A DNA stretch of 29,116 nt from a bacterium (GCA_043811375.1 JBDRNJ010000071.1:1-29116); one strand, 5' to 3'; numbered from the stretch's first letter, positions 18,648 to 27,797 are shown. Notes: generated by a model not told the origin, from the letters alone. Made by a program: numbers and translations.

Positions 18648-20816
18648 TTACCTGTTTTGGGCCAGTTCACTGTTGCCGCCACTGGTGCGATTTTGCTGTG
18701 CCAGAATCGTTTCCACCAATGCCTGCATCTGTGCCAGTTGACTCCCCAATGAGTCAATCTTTGCGTTATCGCTCTCGCGGAGTCGATGCAACTCCGCCAA
18801 CTCTGACTCCAGCGACTCTACTGCCGCATGTTTCCGTACGGCAAGCCCGACCATGTCTTTTCTTAGTTTCTCGATCAGTCGGCTCTGGTGGCGAACTGTC
18901 TCCAGTAGATAAAGCGGTACGCGATCATACTTAACAGCATCAGGTTGGCCGTTATTGTCGTAGATGACCAGCTCCGGAATAACCTGGGCCACCTGTTCGG
19001 CAACCAGACCTATATCCGATTCACCGGTCGACTTCCACTCAAACATGACCGGCCGCAGTTCCAAAGCATCCTCCGGCTCCATGTCAAGTGCGCCTATATT
19101 CTTCTTGTACCTGGCGCTTGACGAAGCCCTTAGCAGGACACCGTTGCCATCAACAACTACATTGGTTCCGGTACCTGACGGCATATTTCTCAACCTGGCT
19201 GTTCCGTCAACATCAAGCCGTTCCGTTGGTGTCGATGTCCCGATTCCAACCGTGTCGGTCACGTAAAACACATTTTTTGAAAACGCTCCGTACAGCGAAT
19301 GTGTGCTTCTCCAGGCGTCATCTTTGGAGGCAGCACTATAGATAATTTCATACAGAATCGTGTAGTCATCCCATGTCACTCGGCCATCACCATCAAGGTC
19401 AGCTTCGGCGTATCCGGTTGTAGTCAGGTAGACACTCCCCGACAGGTAGTTCATCATCAACAATAGGTCACTAATATTCACTGATTGATCATCGTTGGCG
19501 TCGCCGGCGCCACCGAGAGTATAGATGCTACCGCTGTCATGAAGTTTGGCCGCCGGGGCCTCGGTACCCAGGCCGGTTTTGCCGCTGACATAAAACACAC
19601 CTTCGGCAGCTGTCCCGTATACCGAATGCGCCTTTCTCCAGGCTTGATCCCTGGTGCTACCACCGATAATCATCTCGTACAGAATCGTAGCGTCCTCCCA
19701 GGTCACACGGCCATCACCGTCCATGTCGGCCTCGGCATACCCGGTTGTGCTCAGGTAAGCAATTTCGTACAGGTAGGCTTTGATCGCGATATAGTCAGTG
19801 AGATTCGTCAAATCGTCATCGTTCGCATCGCCATCGCCGCCAAGCGTATAAATGCTCCCGCTGTCATGCAGGTTCGCTGCCGGGGTCTGCGTACCCAGGC
19901 CGGTCTTGCCAGTGACATAGAACACGTCTTTGGCGATGGCCCCATACAGGGAATGCACGTCACGCCAGGCGTCATCCTTGGTGGCGGCGCTGTAAATGAT
20001 CTCAGATAGAATCGTATAGTCATCCCACGTCACCCGGCCGTCACCGTCCAGATCAGCCTCAGCGTACCCCGTGGTGGTCAGGTAAACGTTTCCCAACAGG
20101 TAGTTAAGCATCAGGACCATGTCTGCGATACCCACCGAGAGGTCGTCATTGGCGTCGCCGGCGCCACCGAGAGTATAGATACTCCCGCTGTCGTGCAGGT
20201 TCGCGGCCGCGCTGTTGGTGCCGATGCCAACCCTGCCGCTGGGGCCATCGACGTCAAAAACGATATTTGCAGCGGGTCCAACTCCATCACGAACGTGGAA
20301 GGTGGCACCGCCGACAGCCATCACGTCGAGAGTGGCCCAGCCAGCGTGACGGTCGGACTCATCTGATTTGATTGAGGTCGTATCCACTACCGCCATCGGA
20401 CCGATGATTGTACCTCCGGAGGCACTGTCGACGGTGCTGACCCGTATACTATACGGAGACGATGTCAGGCGGGTTCGCGGAATGAGCTCCGGGTCGCTGC
20501 CCACTTTGATACCCAGCCATCGGTTGGGCTGGTTAAAAACACTGTCGTCTATTGGGTAAGTTGCCCCGAGTAAAACACTGAAGATGCCACTTACGACTGT
20601 TACAGATGTGTGGAGTTCACTCCATTTCGAAGTTCCACTCGTAGAATCAATGTAAATTGTGAAATCCATTGACACGGTTGTGTCGAGCGGGTCTCCTGAA
20701 CTGTTCGTCAGCTGACCCTGGTAGTTGATCGTTTGCGGCACTCCGGCCACCACCGGCGTGGCCATTACCATCGCTGCAACGATCAGAGTTGTTGTGAGTG
20801 TGATCACTCTTGTCAT
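18648..20816 (-). CDS. Secreted fibre-like protein with three internal dockerin-containing repeats and a C-terminal peptidase S74 intramolecular chaperone plus coiled coil
   Basis: 'VPQTINYQGQL' N-domain; 'GRVGIGT' fibre motifs; 'SSSARYKKNI...LRPVMFEWK...IGLVAEQV..VIPELV' S74 signature; GGAGGT RBS. Confidence 0.85.
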   Translation of the reverse strand: MTRVITLTTTLIVAAMVMATPVVAGVPQTINYQGQLTNSSGDPLDTTVSMDFTIYIDSTSGTSKWSELHTSVTVVSGIFSVLLGATYPIDDSVFNQPNRWLGIKVGSDPELIPRTRLTSSPYSIRVSTVDSASGGTIIGPMAVVDTTSIKSDESDRHAGWATLDVMAVGGATFHVRDGVGPAANIVFDVDGPSGRVGIGTNSAAANLHDSGSIYTLGGAGDANDDLSVGIADMVLMLNYLLGNVYLTTTGYAEADLDGDGRVTWDDYTILSEIIYSAATKDDAWRDVHSLYGAIAKDVFYVTGKTGLGTQTPAANLHDSGSIYTLGGDGDANDDDLTNLTDYIAIKAYLYEIAYLSTTGYAEADMDGDGRVTWEDATILYEMIIGGSTRDQAWRKAHSVYGTAAEGVFYVSGKTGLGTEAPAAKLHDSGSIYTLGGAGDANDDQSVNISDLLLMMNYLSGSVYLTTTGYAEADLDGDGRVTWDDYTILYEIIYSAASKDDAWRSTHSLYGAFSKNVFYVTDTVGIGTSTPTERLDVDGTARLRNMPSGTGTNVVVDGNGVLLRASSSARYKKNIGALDMEPEDALELRPVMFEWKSTGESDIGLVAEQVAQVIPELVIYDNNGQPDAVKYDRVPLYLLETVRHQSRLIEKLRKDMVGLAVRKHAAVESLESELAELHRLRESDNAKIDSLGSQLAQMQALVETILAQQNRTSGGNSELAQNR
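19227..20207 (-). repeat. 3 x 327-bp (109-aa) intragenic tandem repeat
   Basis: LHDSGSIYTLGG.GDANDD...YAEAD.DGDGRVTW.D recurs with an exact 327-bp period (for example 19507, 19834, 20161). Confidence 0.95.
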
Positions 20817-21228
20817 GGTGTTACCTCCATTAGTGTTTCACTAAATACAGATGAGATTCCTAATTGTCGGTAGAAAGTTGTGACAAGGGTTCTGTGTGGG
20901 TCAATGCTGTCGGTCTGTTGGTGCATGCACCAATAATGAGAATCGATCACCTTGTCGTCCTTACCGCGCTTGTCATAACCCGAATCATTCAAGAGTAATG
21001 ACCGAGCCGATCCTGATTTGGCAGGATCATGTTCCGGAAGAAAGCGAGCAGTAATGTTGTCTGCTAATTGATTGTAATATAGCTATTTTGCAATGATGCG
21101 CAAGTAAGAATACCGGCAAGGGCAGGTGAAGTCAACGGAGGGGAAAGGGTGGCGGGGGACTATCGAGATCATAGTGTCGAACCTCATGTCCCATAGCGCT
21201 GCGTAAGAAGCCTGAGCGACTGCCCGGT

Positions 21229-22084
21229 ATGCTGCAGAAAGACGACTTGCTACTTGTCGATCAAGGTTATTTCAAACTCAAAACCCTTGCCAAGATCGTA
21301 GCTAAAGAGGCGTTCTTTCTGACACGGTTCCTTGTTCGCACCGTATTGAAAGATCCGCTCACCCAAGCCCCGATCGATCTGGCAAAGCGTTTGAGCACGT
21401 TGTCGGGCAACGCCTGCGAAATGCAGGTGCTGATGGGCGGCGATAAACTTTACCAGGTTCCTTGTCGGCTGATCGCCCTTCGCGTGAGTGAACAGATCGC
21501 CAATGAGCGACGCAGGCGGCTGAAAAAAGAGGCCAGGAAGAAAGGACGAGCCGTCAGCAAGTACCACCTGCGTATGTGCGACTGGACACTGTTGATTACC
21601 AATGTTCCCAAACGTTCGTTGCCGCTGGAGATGGCCCGTGCGCTCTACACTGTACGCTGGCAGATCGAACTGTTCTTCAAGCAACTCAAATCCATCCTCC
21701 GCGTCCACCAATCCGATACCGGTAAAGAGAACCGCTTACGCTGTGAGCTGTATGGCAAACTGATCGGCGCAGTCCTCATCCATCGCATCCATGCCGCTGA
21801 AACAAACAGGTTATGGAATACCAAACGCAGGGAGGTCAGCATGGATAAACTCTATAAACGCTTTCAGGAACGAGCTTTCACCCTTCTACGTATGCTGCTT
21901 CGCTCTACCGTTGAAGCCATTGCTTACTTAAACGACCAGATTAAATGCATCATTCCCGCTTGCCTTAAGGGACGACAGCGATCACGCCTGACTACTCTCG
22001 AAATACTGGAAACCCAATGCGATCCAATGCTCGAAATTAGGAAGCCCCCCATCGGAACACGGGCCGCTTAGCTTAACACCTATG
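21229..22084 (+). mobile_element. IS4-family element, 5'-truncated transposase (ORF 21229-22071) with right terminal IR
   Basis: 'LLLVDQGYF' and 'LYTVRWQIELFFKQLKS' (YREK motif); only 280 aa, so the N-terminal part is missing. Ends ...CTTAGCTTAACACCTATG (CAT-starting IR on the other strand). Confidence 0.85.
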
Positions 22085-22090
22085 CCGGGC

Positions 22091-22133
22091 ACCCCCCTTT
22101 AGGAGTCCCGGGATATTGAGATTAGGTGCCTAC
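22091..22133. repeat. Junction element copy F (degenerate)
   Basis: ACCCCCCTTT-AGGAGTCCCG, 12 nt, TAGGTGCCTAC. Shares CCCTTTAGGAGTCCC and TTGAGA with copy B. Confidence 0.7.
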
Positions 22134-22303
22134 GAAGCTGGTAAGTCACACGTATTTCTCAGTTCCATTCACTATCACGACTGATTGTGTCCGCATTTCC
22201 AACTCTTCGCATTGTGCTACAAAAGACCGATTGACATCGAGCGGACAGCTACCCTAACTTAACTGAGTGTGCACTCTTTCAGGGGAAGATCAGAAAGAGG
22301 ACC

Positions 22304-22951
22304 ATGGCAAGAGCGATGGCTAACAAGGAGAAAGTCGCCTGGTCCGGCCTTCTTGTGGCAGTTCAGCCCCGGATTCGCCTTATACGCTCCTTTGACGAGC
22401 GGCACCACAGCTACCAAGGGTATGTGCTTCGGATGGACGGAACATTCGGAGAAAAGACCGGGGAGTTTCTGATCGCCGTCGGCAAAGGCGCACACAAGAA
22501 GCAACACTTTGAGACTGGAATGAGACTGAGTGGTTTTTCCGCTCCAGTCGAGGATTCGCGAATGGAAACGGCCGGATTGTACAAGACAAGCGGGATCAAG
22601 GTGCTCATACAGCCTGAGGCAGAACCGGCCTCAGCACTGCCGTTGAAAGGAGTGCCGCCTGATCTGGAGACTTACCGCAACCGTGGTCATCGCCGCCTTG
22701 ATTCAAGGACCTATGAATCCAAATGCTTGACTTGCATCTGGGGCTGCCGAATGCCAGTTGAGATTATCATCGACCAATGGAATCCATCCAAGAAAAAACA
22801 TAGGTTCGAGACATTTTGCTACGGTCCGAAAAGCTGCACGTACTACCGAGCCGGAGCCACCCGGAAAGTGCCCGGCCACCGCGGCATGACATGGGAGGAA
22901 GAGGACTGGGTCGACGATGAGGCCACATCGCACCGGGGACCGGATGATTAG
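22304..22951 (+). CDS. Hypothetical protein with Cys-rich putative metal-binding C-terminal domain
   Basis: GAGGA RBS; upstream TTGACA-18-TAACTT (22231-22260); CLTCIWGC...FCYGPKSC. Confidence 0.75.
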   Translation: MARAMANKEKVAWSGLLVAVQPRIRLIRSFDERHHSYQGYVLRMDGTFGEKTGEFLIAVGKGAHKKQHFETGMRLSGFSAPVEDSRMETAGLYKTSGIKVLIQPEAEPASALPLKGVPPDLETYRNRGHRRLDSRTYESKCLTCIWGCRMPVEIIIDQWNPSKKKHRFETFCYGPKSCTYYRAGATRKVPGHRGMTWEEEDWVDDEATSHRGPDD

Positions 22952-22966
22952 TGTCGTCATTAAGTA

Positions 22967-22995
22967 TTGACAGATGCTCAAATGTGCAGTATCTT
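22967..22995 (+). promoter_or_regulatory. sigma70-type promoter TTGACA-17-TATCTT
   Basis: Near-consensus; no long ORF immediately downstream. Confidence 0.5.
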
Positions 22996-23394
22996 GCAAA
23001 GCCGGGTGGGGGGAGGGAAGAAGGGTGACACTCGTTAGTCTCTCGCTGTGCGAGAATCCCAGGATCAAATCAGTGGATGCGATAGCCAATGCTGTGCTGG
23101 ATGCCGCTGAGAGGGCTGGAAACAGCGCCTGAGTGCATTTCAGGGTGGAGTCGGCGCTTGGGTTCTACCTGAAACGAAATCTCCCCTGTGTGTGCTTAGA
23201 CTGCCTGCCTCAGATAGTCGACCACTGGCTGGAAAGTTCTATAATCGTCCTGCCGGGGGTATTTAAGATTGGAACGGGGTAGATCGCAGGTGTCCGACCA
23301 TGAATGGCGGGCAAACGGCTGACGTTAGGGCTGGTTCTATGAGGTCATAAAGTACATGGATGATAACCCAACAATCAATCAAAGGAGATGAGTA

Positions 23395-23661
23395 ATGGCT
23401 ATTAGTGACGCCGACTACAACCAGGCGCGTGGCATTCTGGCTCGGGCAGGCAGTATGACTGCCCGCAACTCGCACGAAAAGCACACTCAGGGGAACGGCT
23501 CTCCAATCGGTCACGGGCAGGCTCTCCTGAGAGAGGCACGAGACGAGTTCCTCAGGATGGACAATGGAAGCGCCAATCTGAGACAAGGTACAGGTATGAC
23601 CGTGGCTCATTATAACGCCATCCACGATGCAGCGCGTGTTATGGCTGTTCAGACCTGGTAG
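23395..23661 (+). CDS. 88-aa hypothetical protein
   Basis: AAAGGAGA RBS before ATG; tandem stops TAG TGA. Confidence 0.65.
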   Translation: MAISDADYNQARGILARAGSMTARNSHEKHTQGNGSPIGHGQALLREARDEFLRMDNGSANLRQGTGMTVAHYNAIHDAARVMAVQTW

Positions 23662-23730
23662 TGAGGGTGGCGGAGTAACTTCAACGCCATTGCATGCGAT
23701 TAGGTCGTACCGCCACACACCCGAAATCGC

Positions 23731-23759
23731 TTGCCAAATGGGTGATTACTATCTATATT
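23731..23759 (+). promoter_or_regulatory. sigma70-type promoter TTGCCA-17-TATATT
   Basis: Hexamers and spacer seen upstream of the 1293-aa gene. Confidence 0.6.
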
Positions 23760-23875
23760 TACAATTGGCGTAGGTTTGTCGACAATGGTCATATTCCCAG
23801 ATCCGATTGGAGTTTGGTACATATGCCGGTAGTCGGATCAGACGAGGTATCTGAATTTCTGGAAGGAGTAACAAC

Positions 23876-26800
23876 ATGATCCGTTGGGTAATTTGTTTTC
23901 TTGCAACAACTTTACTGACAGCCTCAGCCGCTGTCGCTGATGATGATCAGTTCTGGTCTGATCAATTCGCCACACCCGGCCTGTCTGGAAACATGGTTGG
24001 AGGTGCAGCCAACTGGGGCGACACTTCCCGGGACAGCCTGGGTAGCCTTGCTGGAGCCGTAGGGGAACTTGATATTTATCAGGATCAGATTGTAGCCACC
24101 CTGAGTTCTGCTGAAGTTGATAGCTGTTGGTCCGAAGGGCTTGTGCTTGATCATACTAGTGGACTTGACGGCTCTGCTATTATCCAGATCACAGATACGG
24201 TATTGCTGATGGTTGCTCGGGAGTGGGGATCGTTTGATCTGGTTAGCTTCAGATCGTATGACCGTGGTGATTCATGGGGAACCAAGACAGTGATAAACAA
24301 TTACGGCAATTGCTTGACGCCGTTCCTTTACAAAGCAAGCGACGGTACAATCTGGCTTGGGTGGTGTTCAGATGGTGGCGGCACGTATGACCTGTACTAC
24401 ACCAGAAGTTTCGATGACGGTTTCACATGGGAGACACCATTTATCCACCTTCCGACGGCGACGGCTAACAGTCAATCTATCTCCATATTAGAGACGTCGC
24501 CCGGCACCATACACATATATTATGGCGATAGTACTCGCATCGTGAGTACGGACCATGGTGATAGTTTCAGCGATGCTGATACAATATTCATTGACTACTT
24601 CATGAATACAAGGGCCTTCAAGGATCATTCAGGCCGCTTGTGGCTTGTAGGGTGGTCGGGTACGGAGATAAGGGGGTACTATAGCGATAATAGCGGCGCA
24701 TCCTGGACCCCCTCCATCCTCATTGGTGATGCCAGTACCTCAGCGGATGCAAGTCCAGTGATGCATTCATCAAAGGATGGTACACTCTGGGTTTTCTGGC
24801 ATGCCGGCTTTCCTACAGTTAGTGACAATGATGAGATCTGGTATACAACCAGCGCCGATAGTGGCGTCACGTGGGAACCAGCGCAGAGGATGACCTGTTC
24901 ACCATATAGTGAACTTATCTACTTTCCGTCGGTCATAGTAGTGAATCATGTCCCACAATTCGTTGCCTATGACAGCGACCAGCAAGGACAGTGGGATATC
25001 TACATGGCAGAATCATCTCCCGATATCGATGACGACGGCATTCTCAATGAGGTTGACAATTGTCCCTTCACCCCCAATGCTCTGCAGGAAGACTTCGATG
25101 GTGATGGTGTCGGTGATTCCTGCGACGGCTGCATCGAGACACCGGGTCAATACTGCTTCAATTCCATCTGGGAAGCCTCGTCCGGCGAGTTCCCGGATGA
25201 AATCTGCCCGGAGTGGAGTCTGAGTAATACAGGTAGTCCGGCACCTTATTTTGAGGGAGACACACTTATTTTACAATCGGATGAATTGTCTGATATAGTC
25301 TTATTTGACCAGGCTGCACCTACTTATTCCATCACGGACACTTTGGTTATTGAATTCGAGATGAAATACGTTTCAAGTTCGGTTACGAATCCAGCAAGAG
25401 AGGTTTGTGGTATTGCTCTTCATATGGGCTCACAAGCCGGCAATTATTTGTGGATAGGGCCGGATGATGTATATTTATTGAGTGGCTGGGATACTATTGG
25501 CGATCAAGCGACCGTTGACACCGATGATGATTTTCATATCTACAGGATTGAAATTATCGGATCAACGATCAATGTTCTTTACGACAATACACTAATGCTG
25601 ACCGAAAGCACATTTTCCGACGCCAATTTCGCCGCTCAACCGGTAATCGGCTGGGGTGATCAAACAGCAGGTGCCTCTGGCATTACCAAGTGGTTGTACT
25701 TCTATCACAACGCCTACGCCTTTGACCAGGATTTCGACGGTGACGGCTTTACCGATTCGTGCGACAACTGCCCGGCTATGTACAACCCCGGCCAGGAAGA
25801 CGCAGACGTTAACGGTATCGGCGATGCCTGTCAGGACTTCTTTGTTATCGAGGAGACTGATTCAGCCGACATGTACTCGATAGTCACCACCGATATTGAC
25901 CGTGACAATTACACTGATTTGGTTTATGTGGGCAACCTGACGCCGGGATCGTTTGTCGCCTGGGGCACTCCTGACGATTCGCTGGAGGACCCCGCCAGTT
26001 ACCTGGATATTTCACAGGCTGATCTGGCGGTAGGCTTTTTCAACAGAGATACCCTGCCTGATATAATTGCGGTTACATCCGGATACACCTATGTCCTGAA
26101 GAATCTGGGCGGACGGACGTTCGATGTGGACTCGGTGGTCAACACCAAGAGCCGTGACATAACGCCGGTGGTGGCATTGGGCTACTTCAACAGCGACATC
26201 AACCTGGACATCTTTGTCGGTCCCAGCACCGTCTACTTCGGCGACAGCGCCGGCGCTATTACCGGCTCCAACACTCAGTCGTTTGCAGCTACCGCTGCCG
26301 AAGCCGCTGACTTCGACGGTGACGGTTATGATGATCTACTGATCGTGGAAGGCGACTCGGCCAAGATAATGCTCAATGATCAGGCGGCCGTATTCGGACG
26401 ATCTTCAGCGATGTTCATCGGTCAGGCGTCGCAGGTAGTGCCGCCGGCCAATGAAGTTGCCGACCTGGACAGGGACGGTCTGCATGACGTGGTTGTGATC
26501 ACACCCGATGTTGAGGGCGGGTCGGTGTCGGTTATCAAAGCGGCCCTGGGCGACGGCAACGGTGGCATGACCCGGTCGGACAGCCTGCTCGTTTCGGGCG
26601 TGGCGCACTACGTGAAGTTATCGGATGTCAACCGCGATAACCTGCTCGACCTGATGGTGGCCAATGCTTCCAATCAGGAACTGCTATTATACTGGGGTTC
26701 CGGCGACGGGCAATTCTTCGGGCCGGACACGGTAGCCCTGGGCGGCACCGGGATTACGTTTGCCCTGGCCACCGGTGATTTTGACCGTGACGGTCAGCCC

Positions 26801-27757
26801 GACTTCGTGAGTGGTACTCAGGACGCGGGAACAATCACCCTCGGCTACAGTGACCTGCCCGATCTGGACCTGTTGCCGGACGAGATGGCAGTGACCGGCT
26901 ATACGACGGTGACGGTGCATCTCACTAATCCCCTCGGATATGAGTTGTCACAGCAATATCAGACTATCGCCGGTAGTGATGCCTGGGTATTGGATGTCAA
27001 TGGCGATGACACTCTCGACGAGCAGTTGCTCGATTACAACCTGATGCCGGGCGAGTACATTATCGAGTTTGATCCCAAACCGGGCGTTGATCCCGGCAAC
27101 AATCCTGCTTTTGCGGCGGGGATTCGCATCAACGGTTCGGTTGAGTACATCATGGCGCTGGATTACGCGATCGGTGCTACCACCAGGGACGTTTCGGGCG
27201 GCCCGGACAAGGCGGAGGCGGAGTTCACCTTCTACTACACGGTGGAGGAGGTGTCGTCGATGTTGCCGCCGAACGGCATCCAGGCGCAGACGCGCTGGCC
27301 GGGCTTTGCCTGGGATCGTCTGATAGATTCGACGGGTATCGAGAAGTACCACTTCCAGCTTGATCCTTACTATGACTTCCGCGACCCGCAGATAGATAAC
27401 GATGCGGTTGTTGAACAATACCTGGTACCGGCGAGCCAGCTTGGCCTTGACTCGGTGTTTTACTGGCGGGTGCGGGCTTATGACGGTATGACATGGTCAG
27501 CATACTCGCGGACGTTTGCCGTCTATATCGCTGTCGACGGCTGCTGCCAGGCTTTGCGAGGTGACATTGATGGGAGCGGCCCGGTCGATGTCGGTGACCT
27601 GACTTATCTGGTCGCCTACCTTTTTCAGGGTGGATTACCACCGCCCTGTCTGTCGGAGGGTGATCCGGACGGCTCGAGTGCGATTGATGTTGGTGATCTG
27701 ACGTTTATAGTTGCTTATCTATTCCAGAGCGGAGCCGCCCCAACACCGTGTTGGTAA
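23876..27757 (+). CDS. Large secreted protein: BNR/Asp-box (sialidase-like) propeller, thrombospondin type-3 repeats, ConA-like domain, FG-GAP/VCBS repeats, FN3-like domain and dockerin-like tag
   Basis: Asp-boxes SYDRGDSW, SFDDGFTW, STDHGDSF, SDNSGASW, SADSGVTW. TSP3 'DNCPFTPNALQEDFDGDGVGDSCD'; 'ADFDGDGYDDL' and 'GDFDRDGQPDF'; 'FYWRVRAYDG'; dockerin tail; AAGGAG RBS. Confidence 0.88.
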   Translation: MIRWVICFLATTLLTASAAVADDDQFWSDQFATPGLSGNMVGGAANWGDTSRDSLGSLAGAVGELDIYQDQIVATLSSAEVDSCWSEGLVLDHTSGLDGSAIIQITDTVLLMVAREWGSFDLVSFRSYDRGDSWGTKTVINNYGNCLTPFLYKASDGTIWLGWCSDGGGTYDLYYTRSFDDGFTWETPFIHLPTATANSQSISILETSPGTIHIYYGDSTRIVSTDHGDSFSDADTIFIDYFMNTRAFKDHSGRLWLVGWSGTEIRGYYSDNSGASWTPSILIGDASTSADASPVMHSSKDGTLWVFWHAGFPTVSDNDEIWYTTSADSGVTWEPAQRMTCSPYSELIYFPSVIVVNHVPQFVAYDSDQQGQWDIYMAESSPDIDDDGILNEVDNCPFTPNALQEDFDGDGVGDSCDGCIETPGQYCFNSIWEASSGEFPDEICPEWSLSNTGSPAPYFEGDTLILQSDELSDIVLFDQAAPTYSITDTLVIEFEMKYVSSSVTNPAREVCGIALHMGSQAGNYLWIGPDDVYLLSGWDTIGDQATVDTDDDFHIYRIEIIGSTINVLYDNTLMLTESTFSDANFAAQPVIGWGDQTAGASGITKWLYFYHNAYAFDQDFDGDGFTDSCDNCPAMYNPGQEDADVNGIGDACQDFFVIEETDSADMYSIVTTDIDRDNYTDLVYVGNLTPGSFVAWGTPDDSLEDPASYLDISQADLAVGFFNRDTLPDIIAVTSGYTYVLKNLGGRTFDVDSVVNTKSRDITPVVALGYFNSDINLDIFVGPSTVYFGDSAGAITGSNTQSFAATAAEAADFDGDGYDDLLIVEGDSAKIMLNDQAAVFGRSSAMFIGQASQVVPPANEVADLDRDGLHDVVVITPDVEGGSVSVIKAALGDGNGGMTRSDSLLVSGVAHYVKLSDVNRDNLLDLMVANASNQELLLYWGSGDGQFFGPDTVALGGTGITFALATGDFDRDGQPDFVSGTQDAGTITLGYSDLPDLDLLPDEMAVTGYTTVTVHLTNPLGYELSQQYQTIAGSDAWVLDVNGDDTLDEQLLDYNLMPGEYIIEFDPKPGVDPGNNPAFAAGIRINGSVEYIMALDYAIGATTRDVSGGPDKAEAEFTFYYTVEEVSSMLPPNGIQAQTRWPGFAWDRLIDSTGIEKYHFQLDPYYDFRDPQIDNDAVVEQYLVPASQLGLDSVFYWRVRAYDGMTWSAYSRTFAVYIAVDGCCQALRGDIDGSGPVDVGDLTYLVAYLFQGGLPPPCLSEGDPDGSSAIDVGDLTFIVAYLFQSGAAPTPCW

Positions 27758-27797
27758 GGCGACGTGTCAGAAAAAAACGAACATGAAGTGATCAATT

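Noticed and set aside
19227..20207. DGR template/variable repeats (also considered for the dockerin tags)
   Set aside because: The differences inspected are largely synonymous and not adenine-specific, all copies are coding, and no reverse transcriptase is in the window.
14731..20816. Prophage tail-fibre module
   Set aside because: The proteins carry Sec signal peptides and no capsid, terminase or tail genes are present.
20830..21060. Riboswitch in the long leader of the S74 fibre gene
   Set aside because: Only one short hairpin (GATCCTG/CAGGATC) is seen, with no recognisable riboswitch consensus.
21170..21185. CATAGTGTCGAACC as the IS4 left IR
   Set aside because: The match to the right IR is only short and gapped, and there is no clear target duplication.
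1381..22133. Junction elements as integron attC sites
   Set aside because: There are no RYYYAAC/GTTRRRY ends, the units have their own promoters, and no IntI gene is present.
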